A DNA stretch of 64,000 nt from an uncultured bacterium (GCA_963727255.1 CAVSFC010000002.1:192001-256000), one strand, 5' to 3'. Shown: positions 42,370 through 52,930, counted from the stretch's first letter. The notes: generated from the sequence alone by a model not told the origin. Program-made: numbers and translations.

Positions 42370-42852
42370 TTATTTTTTTGGTTCGATAGCTTTTCCTTTT
42401 TCCCGCAATTTGTTCAAAGTATTTTTAAGTAATTCTTGATTGCAATAGCCATTTCCTAAATAATTCGTAGCGATGTCAGCTTCTTTTTTAGAATCCGGAT
42501 CCTTTTTTTTAATTTTTTCTTTAAGCCTTAATTCACATTCTTTTTCTGCAGCAAAGATCTCTGCTCGAGCTCGGGCTTCAAGCGCTAAAAGTCTCCATTC
42601 ATATTTTTGAATAAGGGGAATTAGTCTATCCATAGAATAAGTGCTCGATAGTGCCTCAAGTTTTTCCAGATCCTGTGGTTTAAAACACAGAGGACTGATT
42701 AACAAATTACCCTTGACCACTGATTCGATCACCCTCGAGAATTCCCTTTCTATTTTATCTTGCTCTTTTTCCTGAGCATGTACCGCTAATGGCAAAAGAA
42801 AAAAAGAGAAAATTATTAGAACCGATGATAAAAATGTAAAAATTTTATTCAT
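42370..42852 (-). CDS. Hypothetical secreted protein
   Basis: Signal peptide ending VHA-QE. Confidence 0.65.
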   Translation of the reverse strand: MNKIFTFLSSVLIIFSFFLLPLAVHAQEKEQDKIEREFSRVIESVVKGNLLISPLCFKPQDLEKLEALSSTYSMDRLIPLIQKYEWRLLALEARARAEIFAAEKECELRLKEKIKKKDPDSKKEADIATNYLGNGYCNQELLKNTLNKLREKGKAIEPKK

Positions 42853-43000
42853 ATGTCTCTCAGAAAGTTAACTATTTTAGAAAATTCATTTTAAAAAATA
42901 GCATTATATAACCAATTATTCCAAATTTTTCTTTTATTTTTTACAAGAGGTTGTATCTTAAATTTTGAATAAAAATTTTTTTTCCACAAGGGATCTCATC

Positions 43001-45340
43001 ATGCAAAAACTTCGCGTTGGCGTTTTAATGGGCGGCAAATCGATTGAAAAAGAAGTATCATTTAATTCCGGGCGCACCATTTGCGATCATCTTGATACCA
43101 TGCGCTATAGCATTATTCCGCTATTCCAAACCGCAACGAATGAACTATATATTTTGCCATGGCATTTTTTGCATCGCGGAAAAATTAGCTGATTTTTTTC
43201 ACCGATTATCTACTGAAGCAGAGCAGATCAAATGGGATGATTTAAAGATCGCGTTGATTTTATCTATATCGCAACGCATGGCCGATATGCTGAAGATGGC
43301 ACTTTGCAAGGATTCCTAGAAGTTTTGGGCATTCCCTATTTGGGCTCAAAAACTCTTGGCAGCGCGCTCGGCATGGATAAAATCATGCAAAAAGAATTTT
43401 TATCCATGAATGGCATAGCATGTTCCGCAAGGGATCGCCGTGCACCCATCGCACATTTCTGATTTTCAAAAACATGAGAAACAATATAATTGATCAGTTG
43501 CAAGCAAAAAAAATATCTCTGCCCTATATTGTAAAGCCGTATAAAGAAGGCTCAAGCTTGGGCATAACCATCGTCAATCGCGAAGAAGATTTGAATCATG
43601 CACTCAAAAAAGCATGCTATATCGATCATGATCATGCTCAATCAGTTTTGATTGAAGAAAAAATTGAAGGCATGGAATTTTCATGCATCACCATCACTGA
43701 TTATAAAACAAATACTATCATTGCATTGCCGCCAACTGAAGTTGTTGCTGATGCTGAAGTAGGAATTTTTGATTATGAACAAAAATATATGCCCGGCCGA
43801 GCAACTGAATTTACGCCAGCACGCTGCAGCACAAGAAATACAAGAGCATATTCAACAAACATGCATTGAAACCATGCAGCTCTTGAATATGACAAATCTT
43901 TCACGCATTGATGGATTTGTAAAACAAGATGGCACAATTGTAATTATAGATCCGAATACACTTTCGGGCATGGCTCCTGCAAGTTTTTTTTCCGAGAAGC
44001 GGCTGAAATCAATATGAGCCATACGCAACTCATTAATCATTTAATTGAAACAGAATTGCAATCATATGGCATGCTAGAATGCACTCGTTGCACAAGAAAA
44101 AAAAGATACGCAATTATGAACACACAAAAAATTCGTGTTGGCATTCTTATGGGCGGCCCATCCAATGAGCGGGAAATTTCACTTCGAATCCGGGCGCAAT
44201 ATTACCTATAAATTATCGCCACAAAAATATGAAGTATTCCACTGTTTGTTAACAAACAGATGGAACTTTTCCCATTAACCCCACAATTATTAGTGCTCAA
44301 TTCAACCGCTCAAATTGAAAAAGCAGCTCGATCCTGCAACTAAAATTGCATGGAATGATTTACCATCAATGTGTGATTTTGTTTTATCGGGCTGCATGGC
44401 GGCCCGGGAGAAAATGGAGCGGTGCAAGGCGCGCTTGAAATGCTGGGAATTCCCTATAACGGCTCATCAGTACTCGCAAGCGCACTCTGCATGGATAAAT
44501 ATAAAACAACGCAATTTTTAAACGCACAAGGCTTTGAAGTTCCAGCAGGCATTACTTAATCACAAAGATGAATGGCATCACTAATAAACAAGCAATTCTT
44601 GAAACAATCAACTGCAACATCTGCCATTCCCCTTATTGTAAAACCACATGATGATGGCTGCAGCGTAATGGTTCAAAAGATCAAAAAAACAGAACAACTT
44701 GCCTGCGGCACTCGAAATAATTTTTACTCAAGGCAAAGAGTTATGCACTGATTGAAGAATGTATTATCGGCATGGAACTAACCGTCGGCGTTATTGGCAA
44801 TGAAACCCACGCGCATTACCCCCAACGCAAGCAGTCTGCACTTCAGATATTTTATCGATCGAAGAAAAATTCTTGCCGGGTGCAGGAGAAAATCAAACGC
44901 CCGCTCCACTGCCCGCTGCTACTTTAGCATCGGTGCAACAAACAATGGAAGAAGTGTATAAGGCTGTTGGTGCAAAAGGGTATGCGCGCATCGATTGTTT
45001 TTATCAAAATGCTGCGCAAACCCCAACTGGAAAAGAACGGGTCATTATTCTAGAAATTAATACACTGCCGGGAATGACGCCTGCAACCTGCATTTTCCAT
45101 CAAGCAGCAGAAATTGGCATTAAGCCTATGGATTTTGTAGATTTAATAATCACGCTTGGCTTTGAAGAGCATAGAAAATCTGCTGGAAAGACTGTTGAAA
45201 AAGAATCGGTGGTAGAAACTGAGACTGCTCAAAGAGCTCTTACACATCCTGCCTGCCCGCCGTCCTTCGAGACGCAGCTAGCTGCTCCTCAGGATGAGCG
45301 GAAGGACGCGTTTACTCCTGAGCGAAGCCGAAGGATTTAG
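43001..45340 (+). CDS. ddl: Tandem two-domain D-Ala--D-Ala ligase-like protein (many frameshifts, likely sequencing errors)
   Basis: Domain 1: [53 protein letters not shown]. Domain 2: [52 protein letters not shown]. Confidence 0.85.
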
Positions 45341-45380
45341 CGAAGGCTGGGAGTAGCGCCGAAAGCGCATATCGAAGGAT
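45246..45380. repeat. Composite (nested) palindromic element (copy R4), overlapping the ddl 3' end
   Basis: Contains CCTTCGAGAC...CTCAGGATGAGCGGAAGGACGCGTTTACTCCTGAG...CGAAGGA and GCGAAGGCTGGGA, matching R1 and R2. Confidence 0.85.
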
Positions 45381-45399
45381 CGCATTACATTATAAGAAA

Positions 45400-46641
45400 T
45401 CAATGCTGAGATTTGGCCGTAATTCGCTTAAGCATTGCTAATCGCTGCGCATCAGTTATCGGTTTTTCAGCAGCGATTAACGCGGCTTTAGTAGTTGTTT
45501 CTTCGAGATCATTCATGCTATCAAGTGCAAGTATCGATGAAAGATCCCAATTCTTTACCGTACTATCGCGAGAACCAGAAAAGATTCTTTGAAAATTATT
45601 ACTCGCAATACTTTGCACCCAATCTTTATGATATGATAAGACTGCCGCGCAGGCCATCATACGCAAATCCCACAAGCGAACATCACGATCCCATGATGCG
45701 GATGCCGCATAATTACCATCATTTGAACATAATAAAGCTGATATCAACCCTGCATGCCCCTTTAATAGCCCAATATGTCTATCTTTTCTGATGTCCCACA
45801 ATCCAATCGGCCCTTTATCAAAACCAGAAACTGCAATCTGTTCGTGCGGATGGCGCGCAAGGCGACAAAAATTGGCACCTACTAAGATCGTTTCCTCTAT
45901 TGAATAGTGATGTTCTTCTTTTGCAGTTGCGGTATCCCAAATGCGAATGGTCTTATCTGATGCAGCAGAAATAATTTTTTGATGGGCCTTGATAAAAAAT
46001 GCATTTTTTACCGAGCGCTCATGCCCATCGAATTCCGCTAATTTCTTATCGTGAAAAACCTCCCATAATTTTATGATATGATCATTTGAGCACGAAACCA
46101 GATGGTTGTGATCGCAAGACAAAGAAAGTGCATTAATTGTCCCATCATGTGCCTTAAAAAATTTTTCGGATTTACTTTTAAGATCAAGTGAACCAATATT
46201 GCCTCCCAAATCCCCCAAATAGAGCGTTTCTAATTCTGTATTAAAACAACTGCAACACCATCCCTTTACTGTTTTAAGCACCTTGCAATTATCCATAGCA
46301 TTTTCCTGGCAAACAGCTATTTGATGGCCAACACAATCAATTGAAATAATTTCCTGTGATTTTGGAGAGGTTTCAAGCCCACAAACTCCCTCATGGGAAT
46401 AACTTTTACGATTCTCTGGTTTATTAAATATGATAGGCAGGAGCAATGGTTTCAATTGAGTATTAATTAATTTTTGCGAAATAACTTTCTGAATATCTTG
46501 ATTAACATAGCGAGCTTGCTCAATCAAGGCAGAATGCTTTAAAACAAATGATGCAATTAATGATTTTAATCGTGGCGGATTTTCTTCCATGCCACTCGTG
46601 CAAAAAAAAGTTAGCACGCCTAACAGCAGAAAAACTTCCAT
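45400..46641 (-). CDS. Secreted WD40-repeat protein
   Basis: Repeats AH...IKLWE, GH...IRIWD, GH...VRLWD, YH...VKNWD; short signal peptide ending TSG-MEE. Confidence 0.9.
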   Translation of the reverse strand: MEVFLLLGVLTFFCTSGMEENPPRLKSLIASFVLKHSALIEQARYVNQDIQKVISQKLINTQLKPLLLPIIFNKPENRKSYSHEGVCGLETSPKSQEIISIDCVGHQIAVCQENAMDNCKVLKTVKGWCCSCFNTELETLYLGDLGGNIGSLDLKSKSEKFFKAHDGTINALSLSCDHNHLVSCSNDHIIKLWEVFHDKKLAEFDGHERSVKNAFFIKAHQKIISAASDKTIRIWDTATAKEEHHYSIEETILVGANFCRLARHPHEQIAVSGFDKGPIGLWDIRKDRHIGLLKGHAGLISALLCSNDGNYAASASWDRDVRLWDLRMMACAAVLSYHKDWVQSIASNNFQRIFSGSRDSTVKNWDLSSILALDSMNDLEETTTKAALIAAEKPITDAQRLAMLKRITAKSQH

Positions 46642-46678
46642 CGCATTCCCACCCCACTCAAAAAAATTAGGCAGGTAT

Positions 46679-47116
46679 TCACATGTTAAACGTGATTTTA
46701 TATACCAATAGAGCGCTCATGACATTCGCGCACAGAATACAAAGATATGCACGCCAGAGATTAAAATGTGCCCAATGCTGAGCAATAGCAACGCCAATCA
46801 TCTGAATTGCTGAGTAAATCGCCGCCAAAATAAGGCTCGTATTAAGGACATTATATGCCCCGGCATAGGTATCTTCAGGCAATTTAAAAGGAATTTTCAA
46901 TCCCCAAACTATAACCAAATTTATAACCCCAAAAAAAATGATAAATGCGCCTACGGTCAGCAGAAAACTCATTAAAAAAGCTCTAAGCCAGCTCATATGA
47001 TCCCATAATTTTAAGAGCATAAATAAGAGTAAAAAATTTATGGGTAAATGAGAAAGCCCCCCGGTAAAGCTCCAAATCCATTCTGTTATTAAAAAATTGG
47101 TTATATGCGTTAGCAT
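46679..47116 (-). CDS. Hypothetical multi-pass membrane protein
   Basis: Four hydrophobic segments; GAGG SD. Confidence 0.7.
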   Translation of the reverse strand: MLTHITNFLITEWIWSFTGGLSHLPINFLLLFMLLKLWDHMSWLRAFLMSFLLTVGAFIIFFGVINLVIVWGLKIPFKLPEDTYAGAYNVLNTSLILAAIYSAIQMIGVAIAQHWAHFNLWRAYLCILCANVMSALLVYKITFNM

Positions 47117-47141
47117 ACTAACACCTCTCTTTTTATTACTA

Positions 47142-47549
47142 TCACAGCAGACAATACAACGTTAACACACTCAACCCGGCAATTGCACTGCTTAACCCCC
47201 CAAGCATAGTAATATCCGGCATCTTTACCAAATAAACTAAGTAAAAATAAATAAGGAACCAATACAAGCAGGAACTTATAAAAATCAAAATAAAGCATAA
47301 CCCAAAAGAAATGCTCAATAATTGAAACATGTGGACGTGTAGAAATGGAACACTCATGATCCCCATTAAAAAAATGGTAAGCACAGCAAACAGCGTTGCA
47401 CTGAATGCATAAAAAAAAGTTCTAAAAATTGAATTTTTTTTACTGGCAAGCAGAAATAAAAATAATGCGATGATCTGAACAGGGGCAAAGATAATAATCA
47501 GTGATGGTTGTAGAAAAAAAACCGCGGCTAATAATTCAGTAATCGTCAT
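47142..47549 (-). CDS. Hypothetical multi-pass membrane protein
   Basis: Very hydrophobic 135-aa ORF; AAGGA SD. Confidence 0.55.
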   Translation of the reverse strand: MTITELLAAVFFLQPSLIIIFAPVQIIALFLFLLASKKNSIFRTFFYAFSATLFAVLTIFLMGIMSVPFLHVHMFQLLSISFGLCFILIFISSCLYWFLIYFYLVYLVKMPDITMLGGLSSAIAGLSVLTLYCLL

Positions 47550-47621
47550 ACAAAAATCCTTGTATTTTGCATCACACTCGTTAGTATTATTTGTAACAAA
47601 AGATTTCTATAAAGGAGAAGT

Positions 47622-48293
47622 ATGCAAACAAAAAAATTTGGCTTATGCATAATTTTTGCCAGTTTTTCTATTGGCTGCCACGCCGCCACACATCAAGCAA
47701 AAACTTTTGATTTATCATCCGTTGAAGGCATCAGCGAAGACCAATTAGATCAGCACCAGAAACTGTATCAAGGATATGTTAAAAAAAGAAATGAGATTGA
47801 ACAGTCATTAAAAACCGTTGACCGATCCAACGTTGCAAATATAACCTATTCTCCCTTCAGAGCCTTAAAAATTGCTGAAACATTTGCCTTAAATGGATCA
47901 ATTTTACATGAATTATATTTTGAGAATCTCGGAACCGGCACTCAACCAGGGCCACAGGCTTTAGCGCTAATAAAAGAAAATTTTGGATCTCTTGAGAAAT
48001 TTAGAAAGGATCTTCTTGAAGGGGCAAGTTGCTCTCGCGGCTGGGTGATCACTGCTTATACGATTGACAGTGGCAAGGTACACAATTATGTACTTGAAGC
48101 GCACAATGAAACAGTACCTATTTTAAGTTTACCAATTCTGGTAGTGGATACCTATGAACATGCCTATATGATCGATTTTGGCATCAATCGCGCCGAGTAT
48201 CTTGATGTGGTATGGAAAAATATTAACTGGAATGTTGTTGAAGAACGCATTAAAAAATGGGTCAATAAATTCCGGATTTATAAGGCAAAATAG
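47622..48293 (+). CDS. Fe/Mn superoxide dismutase family protein with a signal peptide
   Basis: Metal-ligand motifs HQKLYQGYV, LHELYFENL, DTYEHAY; INWNVVEER. Confidence 0.9.
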   Translation: MQTKKFGLCIIFASFSIGCHAATHQAKTFDLSSVEGISEDQLDQHQKLYQGYVKKRNEIEQSLKTVDRSNVANITYSPFRALKIAETFALNGSILHELYFENLGTGTQPGPQALALIKENFGSLEKFRKDLLEGASCSRGWVITAYTIDSGKVHNYVLEAHNETVPILSLPILVVDTYEHAYMIDFGINRAEYLDVVWKNINWNVVEERIKKWVNKFRIYKAK

Positions 48294-48302
48294 CTATCTT
48301 TC

Positions 48303-48770
48303 TTATTCCGTGCCAAATTCAGATTCTTGTAAATTTTCTCTGATAATAAATTTAATAGTGTTAGCGTTAGTAATTTTTATTGCAAAATTCTTTAAGACCG
48401 CGACACCGGGGGTTTTTTGCTCTAAGGTCGCCAAATACTGCGTTTGGCCATCTTCTAATGCCTTATACTCTGAATATAAAATGAACAAACAAAGCCCAAC
48501 TGTTTTCTTTGTGGGAAGATGTTTATCCGCAGGATCATAAAACTCTAAGTGTGCTTCTCCGTTGCTATTTTTTGCTTGAGCAGGGTGAATCATTAATTTG
48601 ATCTCCTGTTGGGATGAAAGCGTGCGGCATTCATCCCACTTACCATAAGGAACACACTCATACGCCTTTGAGGAATTATTTTTCACAATAATGTGCGCCA
48701 TCGGATACATCTTCTGGCTCACCATCAATAGGAAAAATAAACCTTTAGTCGCGTGCAGTGAATATACCAT
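48303..48770 (-). CDS. Hypothetical secreted protein
   Basis: Hydrophobic N-terminus ending MYP-MAH. Confidence 0.55.
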   Translation of the reverse strand: MVYSLHATKGLFFLLMVSQKMYPMAHIIVKNNSSKAYECVPYGKWDECRTLSSQQEIKLMIHPAQAKNSNGEAHLEFYDPADKHLPTKKTVGLCLFILYSEYKALEDGQTQYLATLEQKTPGVAVLKNFAIKITNANTIKFIIRENLQESEFGTE

Positions 48771-48776
48771 TACATG

Positions 48777-48947
48777 TTAAATTACGTTGAATAAACTCAA
48801 AATAAAATAAACAATAACCGCAAAAAGCAAAACGTTAATTAAGGTAATGATGAGTGAGCGGGTACTGCCCTGGGGAGCTCCCAAAAACAGATATGCTGCG
48901 AGTAATACTAAAAGAATAACTCCGATTGAAGGTATTGCAATAACCAT
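48777..48947 (-). CDS. Small two-helix membrane protein
   Basis: AAGGA SD before MVIAIPSIG; two hydrophobic helices. Confidence 0.55.
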   Translation of the reverse strand: MVIAIPSIGVILLVLLAAYLFLGAPQGSTRSLIITLINVLLFAVIVYFILSLFNVI

Positions 48948-49082
48948 GGCGATCCTTTTTTTAAAAATGTTAGAGACATCATATGCAGTACTAACACAAA
49001 AAAAATCACACGCCAATAATTTGAATACAATCTTGTTTGTCAAATAAATGCTCTGATAGAGTTAGTAAAAAAAGAGGAATTT

Positions 49083-49403
49083 ATGAAAAAAATACCATTT
49101 CTACTCTGTTTACTTGCATGCGCAGTAGTATCCGCCATCGATGGAGATAATGCAGATCAATACGAAAACCAATATCAAAATGAAGAAGCCGATGATAATG
49201 AGTCTGCTTTACCACCAATAACGGTGAATATTTCAGTTTCTAATGCAAATGATGCACATGCAAACACTCAAACTGATATTACCCAAGCTCAAACGGTAGA
49301 AAAAAAAGAACTTGAGAAAAAAAAAGAAGAACAAAAACGCGCATTAGAATATGCCAGAAGTATAACAGTTATTGTGCGTTATCTTGCTAAATTGAGGCTC
49401 TAA
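49083..49403 (+). CDS. Hypothetical secreted acidic protein
   Basis: GAGG SD; signal peptide; shares a V.VS/TN..DAH motif with the next gene. Confidence 0.65.
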   Translation: MKKIPFLLCLLACAVVSAIDGDNADQYENQYQNEEADDNESALPPITVNISVSNANDAHANTQTDITQAQTVEKKELEKKKEEQKRALEYARSITVIVRYLAKLRL

Positions 49404-50311
49404 TGAACACGAAAAATAAACTCCTGATTTTGCTTGGATTTTCATTTTCTTTTTTCGCATTGTGCGAGCCACCAAATGGCGCTCAGCCCATTAAAAAAAA
49501 TTTGATCCCCAAGATGCACAATGGAACCGTGAGCTTTTCAGTAAACGTAACTAATCGGCAAGATGCTCATACCGATAATAGAATTAATCTTTCAACACAA
49601 CAAAACACGCAGCAATCAACCCCCTCAAACGATTCGCAAATAATGAATAAAATCTCTGAATTATGGCAAGAAAATATCAAGATTCAAAAGCAACTCAAAG
49701 AGCAAGGATCTCATTTTCTGAGCGCAAACAAATGGTATCTTCTTGGTTCAGGATTACTATTTTCGTATGTGTTACTTGCCTATCTGATTATGAGCGGCAA
49801 TTCATATATGGGCGATGCCTCATTATGGTCTTCATGGCACCAAGAGCTGCCGCTTGATCAATTACTTGCAATCCCCCAGGAGCAACTTACTCAAGAATTA
49901 ATCCGCGAAATACAAAGGCGGTATACCGATTCTACATCAATTTCCGATATCGTAAAACCCCTAGGCATTTTCATGGTCAAAATTGATCAAGAAGAAGAAC
50001 AGATTAAATGGTATCAAACGGTCTATTCGTGGCTCTTGTATATCCGATTAACCAAACTTGTACCGGTGGGCCAACAGCGCTTTGCAAAAATTGCTGAACG
50101 CTTGCAGAGAATCGCATATTATAAAAATCTATTCAAATCCTGGACAGCCGACTATCAACTGCAGCAGTCTGAGCGCTTTTGGTACCGATGCCCGGAAATT
50201 GAGTATCCTGGCCTTACCCCAATGATTCAATTGTTACAAATAGAAATGAGGCTCAAGGCCCTCAATTATTGGATAATAGAAGTGGAAAACAGGGTCCCAG
50301 CCTTCTGCTAA
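49403..50311 (+). CDS. Hypothetical protein with a signal peptide and one internal transmembrane helix
   Basis: TAATG overlap with the previous gene; transmembrane segment WYLLGSGLLFSYVLLAYLIM. Confidence 0.7.
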   Translation: MNTKNKLLILLGFSFSFFALCEPPNGAQPIKKNLIPKMHNGTVSFSVNVTNRQDAHTDNRINLSTQQNTQQSTPSNDSQIMNKISELWQENIKIQKQLKEQGSHFLSANKWYLLGSGLLFSYVLLAYLIMSGNSYMGDASLWSSWHQELPLDQLLAIPQEQLTQELIREIQRRYTDSTSISDIVKPLGIFMVKIDQEEEQIKWYQTVYSWLLYIRLTKLVPVGQQRFAKIAERLQRIAYYKNLFKSWTADYQLQQSERFWYRCPEIEYPGLTPMIQLLQIEMRLKALNYWIIEVENRVPAFC

Positions 50312-50395
50312 TCATTTCACCCTGCAACAATCAGAAGCTGTATGCCTTTTTTATTTCTGGCTGAAACTTTTTGCGTTGCCTTCTGGCATCTTTTA

Positions 50396-50424
50396 TTGAC
50401 CAAACTGCATTTTAAAGCTATCCT
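50396..50424 (+). promoter_or_regulatory. Sigma70-type promoter
   Basis: TTGACC, 17-nt spacer, TATCCT upstream of the ATG at 50464. Confidence 0.45.
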
Positions 50425-50463
50425 GATACTATCTAGAAAAGCTCATAAACCGTGGAGGTTTCA

Positions 50464-50808
50464 ATGAAAAAACTACTCTCAATTATCTTAGCAATAAGTA
50501 TTGCTTTGGCTGCCCCTGCGAAAGCAACAACTCCTGCTGAACCCAAAACACTGGTTGGACTTGCTTTGGTAACCACCGGTTTAGTAGCGGCATATTTCAC
50601 GGCTAAGCTCTGGCAAGATTCTGAGAATTATAAAGCAAAATTAATTAACAAAACTCAGCAGAGATCCTTTGATTATAAAAATGCAGTGGAAAAACAAAAA
50701 AATATTCTTTCTCGCATGAACTGGAGTGTTGCAACCGGTTGCTTCTCTTTTGCTACGTTGGGCACAGGCACTGCATTCCTCATTCACCAGTTTAGTAAAA
50801 ATAGCTAG
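50464..50808 (+). CDS. Small hypothetical membrane/secreted protein
   Basis: GGAGG SD; signal peptide ending AKA; two further hydrophobic segments. Confidence 0.65.
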   Translation: MKKLLSIILAISIALAAPAKATTPAEPKTLVGLALVTTGLVAAYFTAKLWQDSENYKAKLINKTQQRSFDYKNAVEKQKNILSRMNWSVATGCFSFATLGTGTAFLIHQFSKNS

Positions 50809-51935
50809 ATCAAATAAATGCCGCGAATTTTAACCTCTACCTGCCCGTCTTTGCCGCTTTTTTCTCGCTCAAGCAATGCAATCAAGCGAACCGTAACACT
50901 TCCAATAGTTGCATAAGAAAATACACTAAACATTTTCGGATCAAACACCGGATTAAGTAAAGGTGTAACAAATTTAGGCAAACCCGCAAATTCAACTCCA
51001 TAGAGATTTTTTAATGATTTATTCCAATCATTTTTCCAGTCGCTCTTTTCTTTAAATACTTTGAGCAATTCATCAGTCGCGGGTGCTTTTTCAGGATCAC
51101 CCTGCAATTTAAGCAGCGAAGCTAAGGAATTTGAAATCAGCCATGGCTCAATACTTTGCTTTGATGAAGAAACGGTAAAAATATCAGTCAAATATAATTG
51201 AGAACCTTTTTGGCCGGCAATTGTTGGATCATAAAAGATGCTATTTTTAAATGCATCAAAGCCTTTTATGGTTAATAGTTCTGTGACATCATTCACCGGA
51301 TATTTGCGTTCTTTTAAGAATTTTTCAAACTCTCCAAAAAGATCTGCTCCCATCTGCTCTCTAATTTGCCCAAATAATTCTTGGAGCATTTTTTTCATAT
51401 TTGTTTCATCTTTTGCTTCTTGCTTACTTCCCGGGACCGGCTCACCCACAAATTTATGCTTTTCAAAATCATACATTCTATTGATATTAATTTTGCCCTC
51501 TTCGCTGGCAATCATAATTCCCAGCGTGCCAGTAATACCATCGATATTCTGCTTGAGGTTAAATTTCTGAAGACGGCCCTTATTAGGCAGCAATACTTTA
51601 AGTAGCTGCTTGCCATCCGAAGGCTGTTCGGCTTTCTTTACGCCATCTTTAGCGTTGCCCTGCCCGCCAGAGCTTTTAGCGTCGGCAGATTCTTTTTGCT
51701 CTTTGCTTTCATCCTGAGCCTTTCGAACGGCTTCTTTTACCGAAAGTTGGCTGATGGCCAACTGAATGCCACCGTAGGCAAGTTGCCGTGCCTTTTCGCG
51801 ATCAACCATCGTTTTTGAAAATGAACTAAATATCAATCCTTTATTGCTCACATAAGTCGCAATAAACATAAAAAGCGCCATCAATGCGAGCGTGAGCGCT
51901 AAAATATAACCCGGCTTATTATGCTCAATCTTCAT
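50805..51935 (-). CDS. gspK: Type II secretion minor pseudopilin GspK-like
   Basis: PG|YILALTL hydrophobic N-terminus, ARQLAYGGI, EEGKININ, TELLTIKGF; last gene of the gsp run. Confidence 0.75.
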   Translation of the reverse strand: MKIEHNKPGYILALTLALMALFMFIATYVSNKGLIFSSFSKTMVDREKARQLAYGGIQLAISQLSVKEAVRKAQDESKEQKESADAKSSGGQGNAKDGVKKAEQPSDGKQLLKVLLPNKGRLQKFNLKQNIDGITGTLGIMIASEEGKININRMYDFEKHKFVGEPVPGSKQEAKDETNMKKMLQELFGQIREQMGADLFGEFEKFLKERKYPVNDVTELLTIKGFDAFKNSIFYDPTIAGQKGSQLYLTDIFTVSSSKQSIEPWLISNSLASLLKLQGDPEKAPATDELLKVFKEKSDWKNDWNKSLKNLYGVEFAGLPKFVTPLLNPVFDPKMFSVFSYATIGSVTVRLIALLEREKSGKDGQVEVKIRGIYLI

Positions 51936-52930
51936 CGGCGAATTGCTCCTCCGGGATTAAATTGATTTCGTTGCGAAACACGCGTTGGGGCAGGAGGCGC
52001 AAAACTTTGAGTAAAGAATTCTCTAAGTGTTCCTAATAATTTTTGCGTAATATCTTCAGCTTCACGTTTTTCAGGAATATCCGATTGCACATGAATTTTG
52101 AAAGTAAATGGCGTGCTTCGTTTCCTTTGCGCATCCCATAATGCCAGCTTTAATTCTACCAGTTGCGGGGCAAGCGGCAATTGTTCTTTACCCTCCTTCT
52201 TATCCTGAGGAATCCACTCGAGAGTCTTTTTTACTTCTTTTTTCTTAGATTCACTAGTTGCTTCTTTTTTCTCATTTTTCTCAAGGACATAATACGTATA
52301 TTCTGCAGTCAAACTTTTTATTCCATCAGCCAGGATATATTCTTGCGGGCCTTCCTTGCCACCCTTAGCAATCGGATCAAATTCCAAATTGGATGATTCT
52401 CTGCGAACCAAGCTATATGATTTTGGGGTCCCTTTATCTTCTTTGAGCAGATAAAGCACACGTGCAATGCGCGGCTTTGCTGAGCCAGATTTCGCGCTCC
52501 AATATACTTGCAAGGGATTGGTGGTTATAAAGCTCAGTTGATTGAGCAGGCCTTCTTTATTGGTGCTATAAAAAACTTTCTCAAATGGTTTTTTTGGCTT
52601 TTTCTCACCCTCCTCATCTGCCGTAGCCTTGGTGTCAGCGGATTCTTTTTCTTTTTTTTCCGCTTCTGCCTTTTTCTTTTCTTCATCCTTCTTCTTCTTT
52701 TCGGCCTCCGGTTGACGATAATAGAATTCGTTTGGAGCAGTTACTCCTGAAAGATCACGCTCGAATTGCGCGTTAATGAGCGCTGCTTTTTCATACGTTC
52801 CGGTAGTATTATCAACTACGGGAACAAATCTATTCACTTGATATAAGGCAGAAAAAAGAAGCACGCCTAAAATGGAAGCAATAAATGTAGCGATCAATAG
52901 CTCGATGAGAGTGAAGCCAGATTTATTCAT
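51932..52930 (-). CDS. gspJ: Type II secretion minor pseudopilin GspJ-like
   Basis: SG|FTLIELLIA prepilin motif; ERDL; YSLVRRE; position in the operon. Confidence 0.75.
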   Translation of the reverse strand: MNKSGFTLIELLIATFIASILGVLLFSALYQVNRFVPVVDNTTGTYEKAALINAQFERDLSGVTAPNEFYYRQPEAEKKKKDEEKKKAEAEKKEKESADTKATADEEGEKKPKKPFEKVFYSTNKEGLLNQLSFITTNPLQVYWSAKSGSAKPRIARVLYLLKEDKGTPKSYSLVRRESSNLEFDPIAKGGKEGPQEYILADGIKSLTAEYTYYVLEKNEKKEATSESKKKEVKKTLEWIPQDKKEGKEQLPLAPQLVELKLALWDAQRKRSTPFTFKIHVQSDIPEKREAEDITQKLLGTLREFFTQSFAPPAPTRVSQRNQFNPGGAIRR

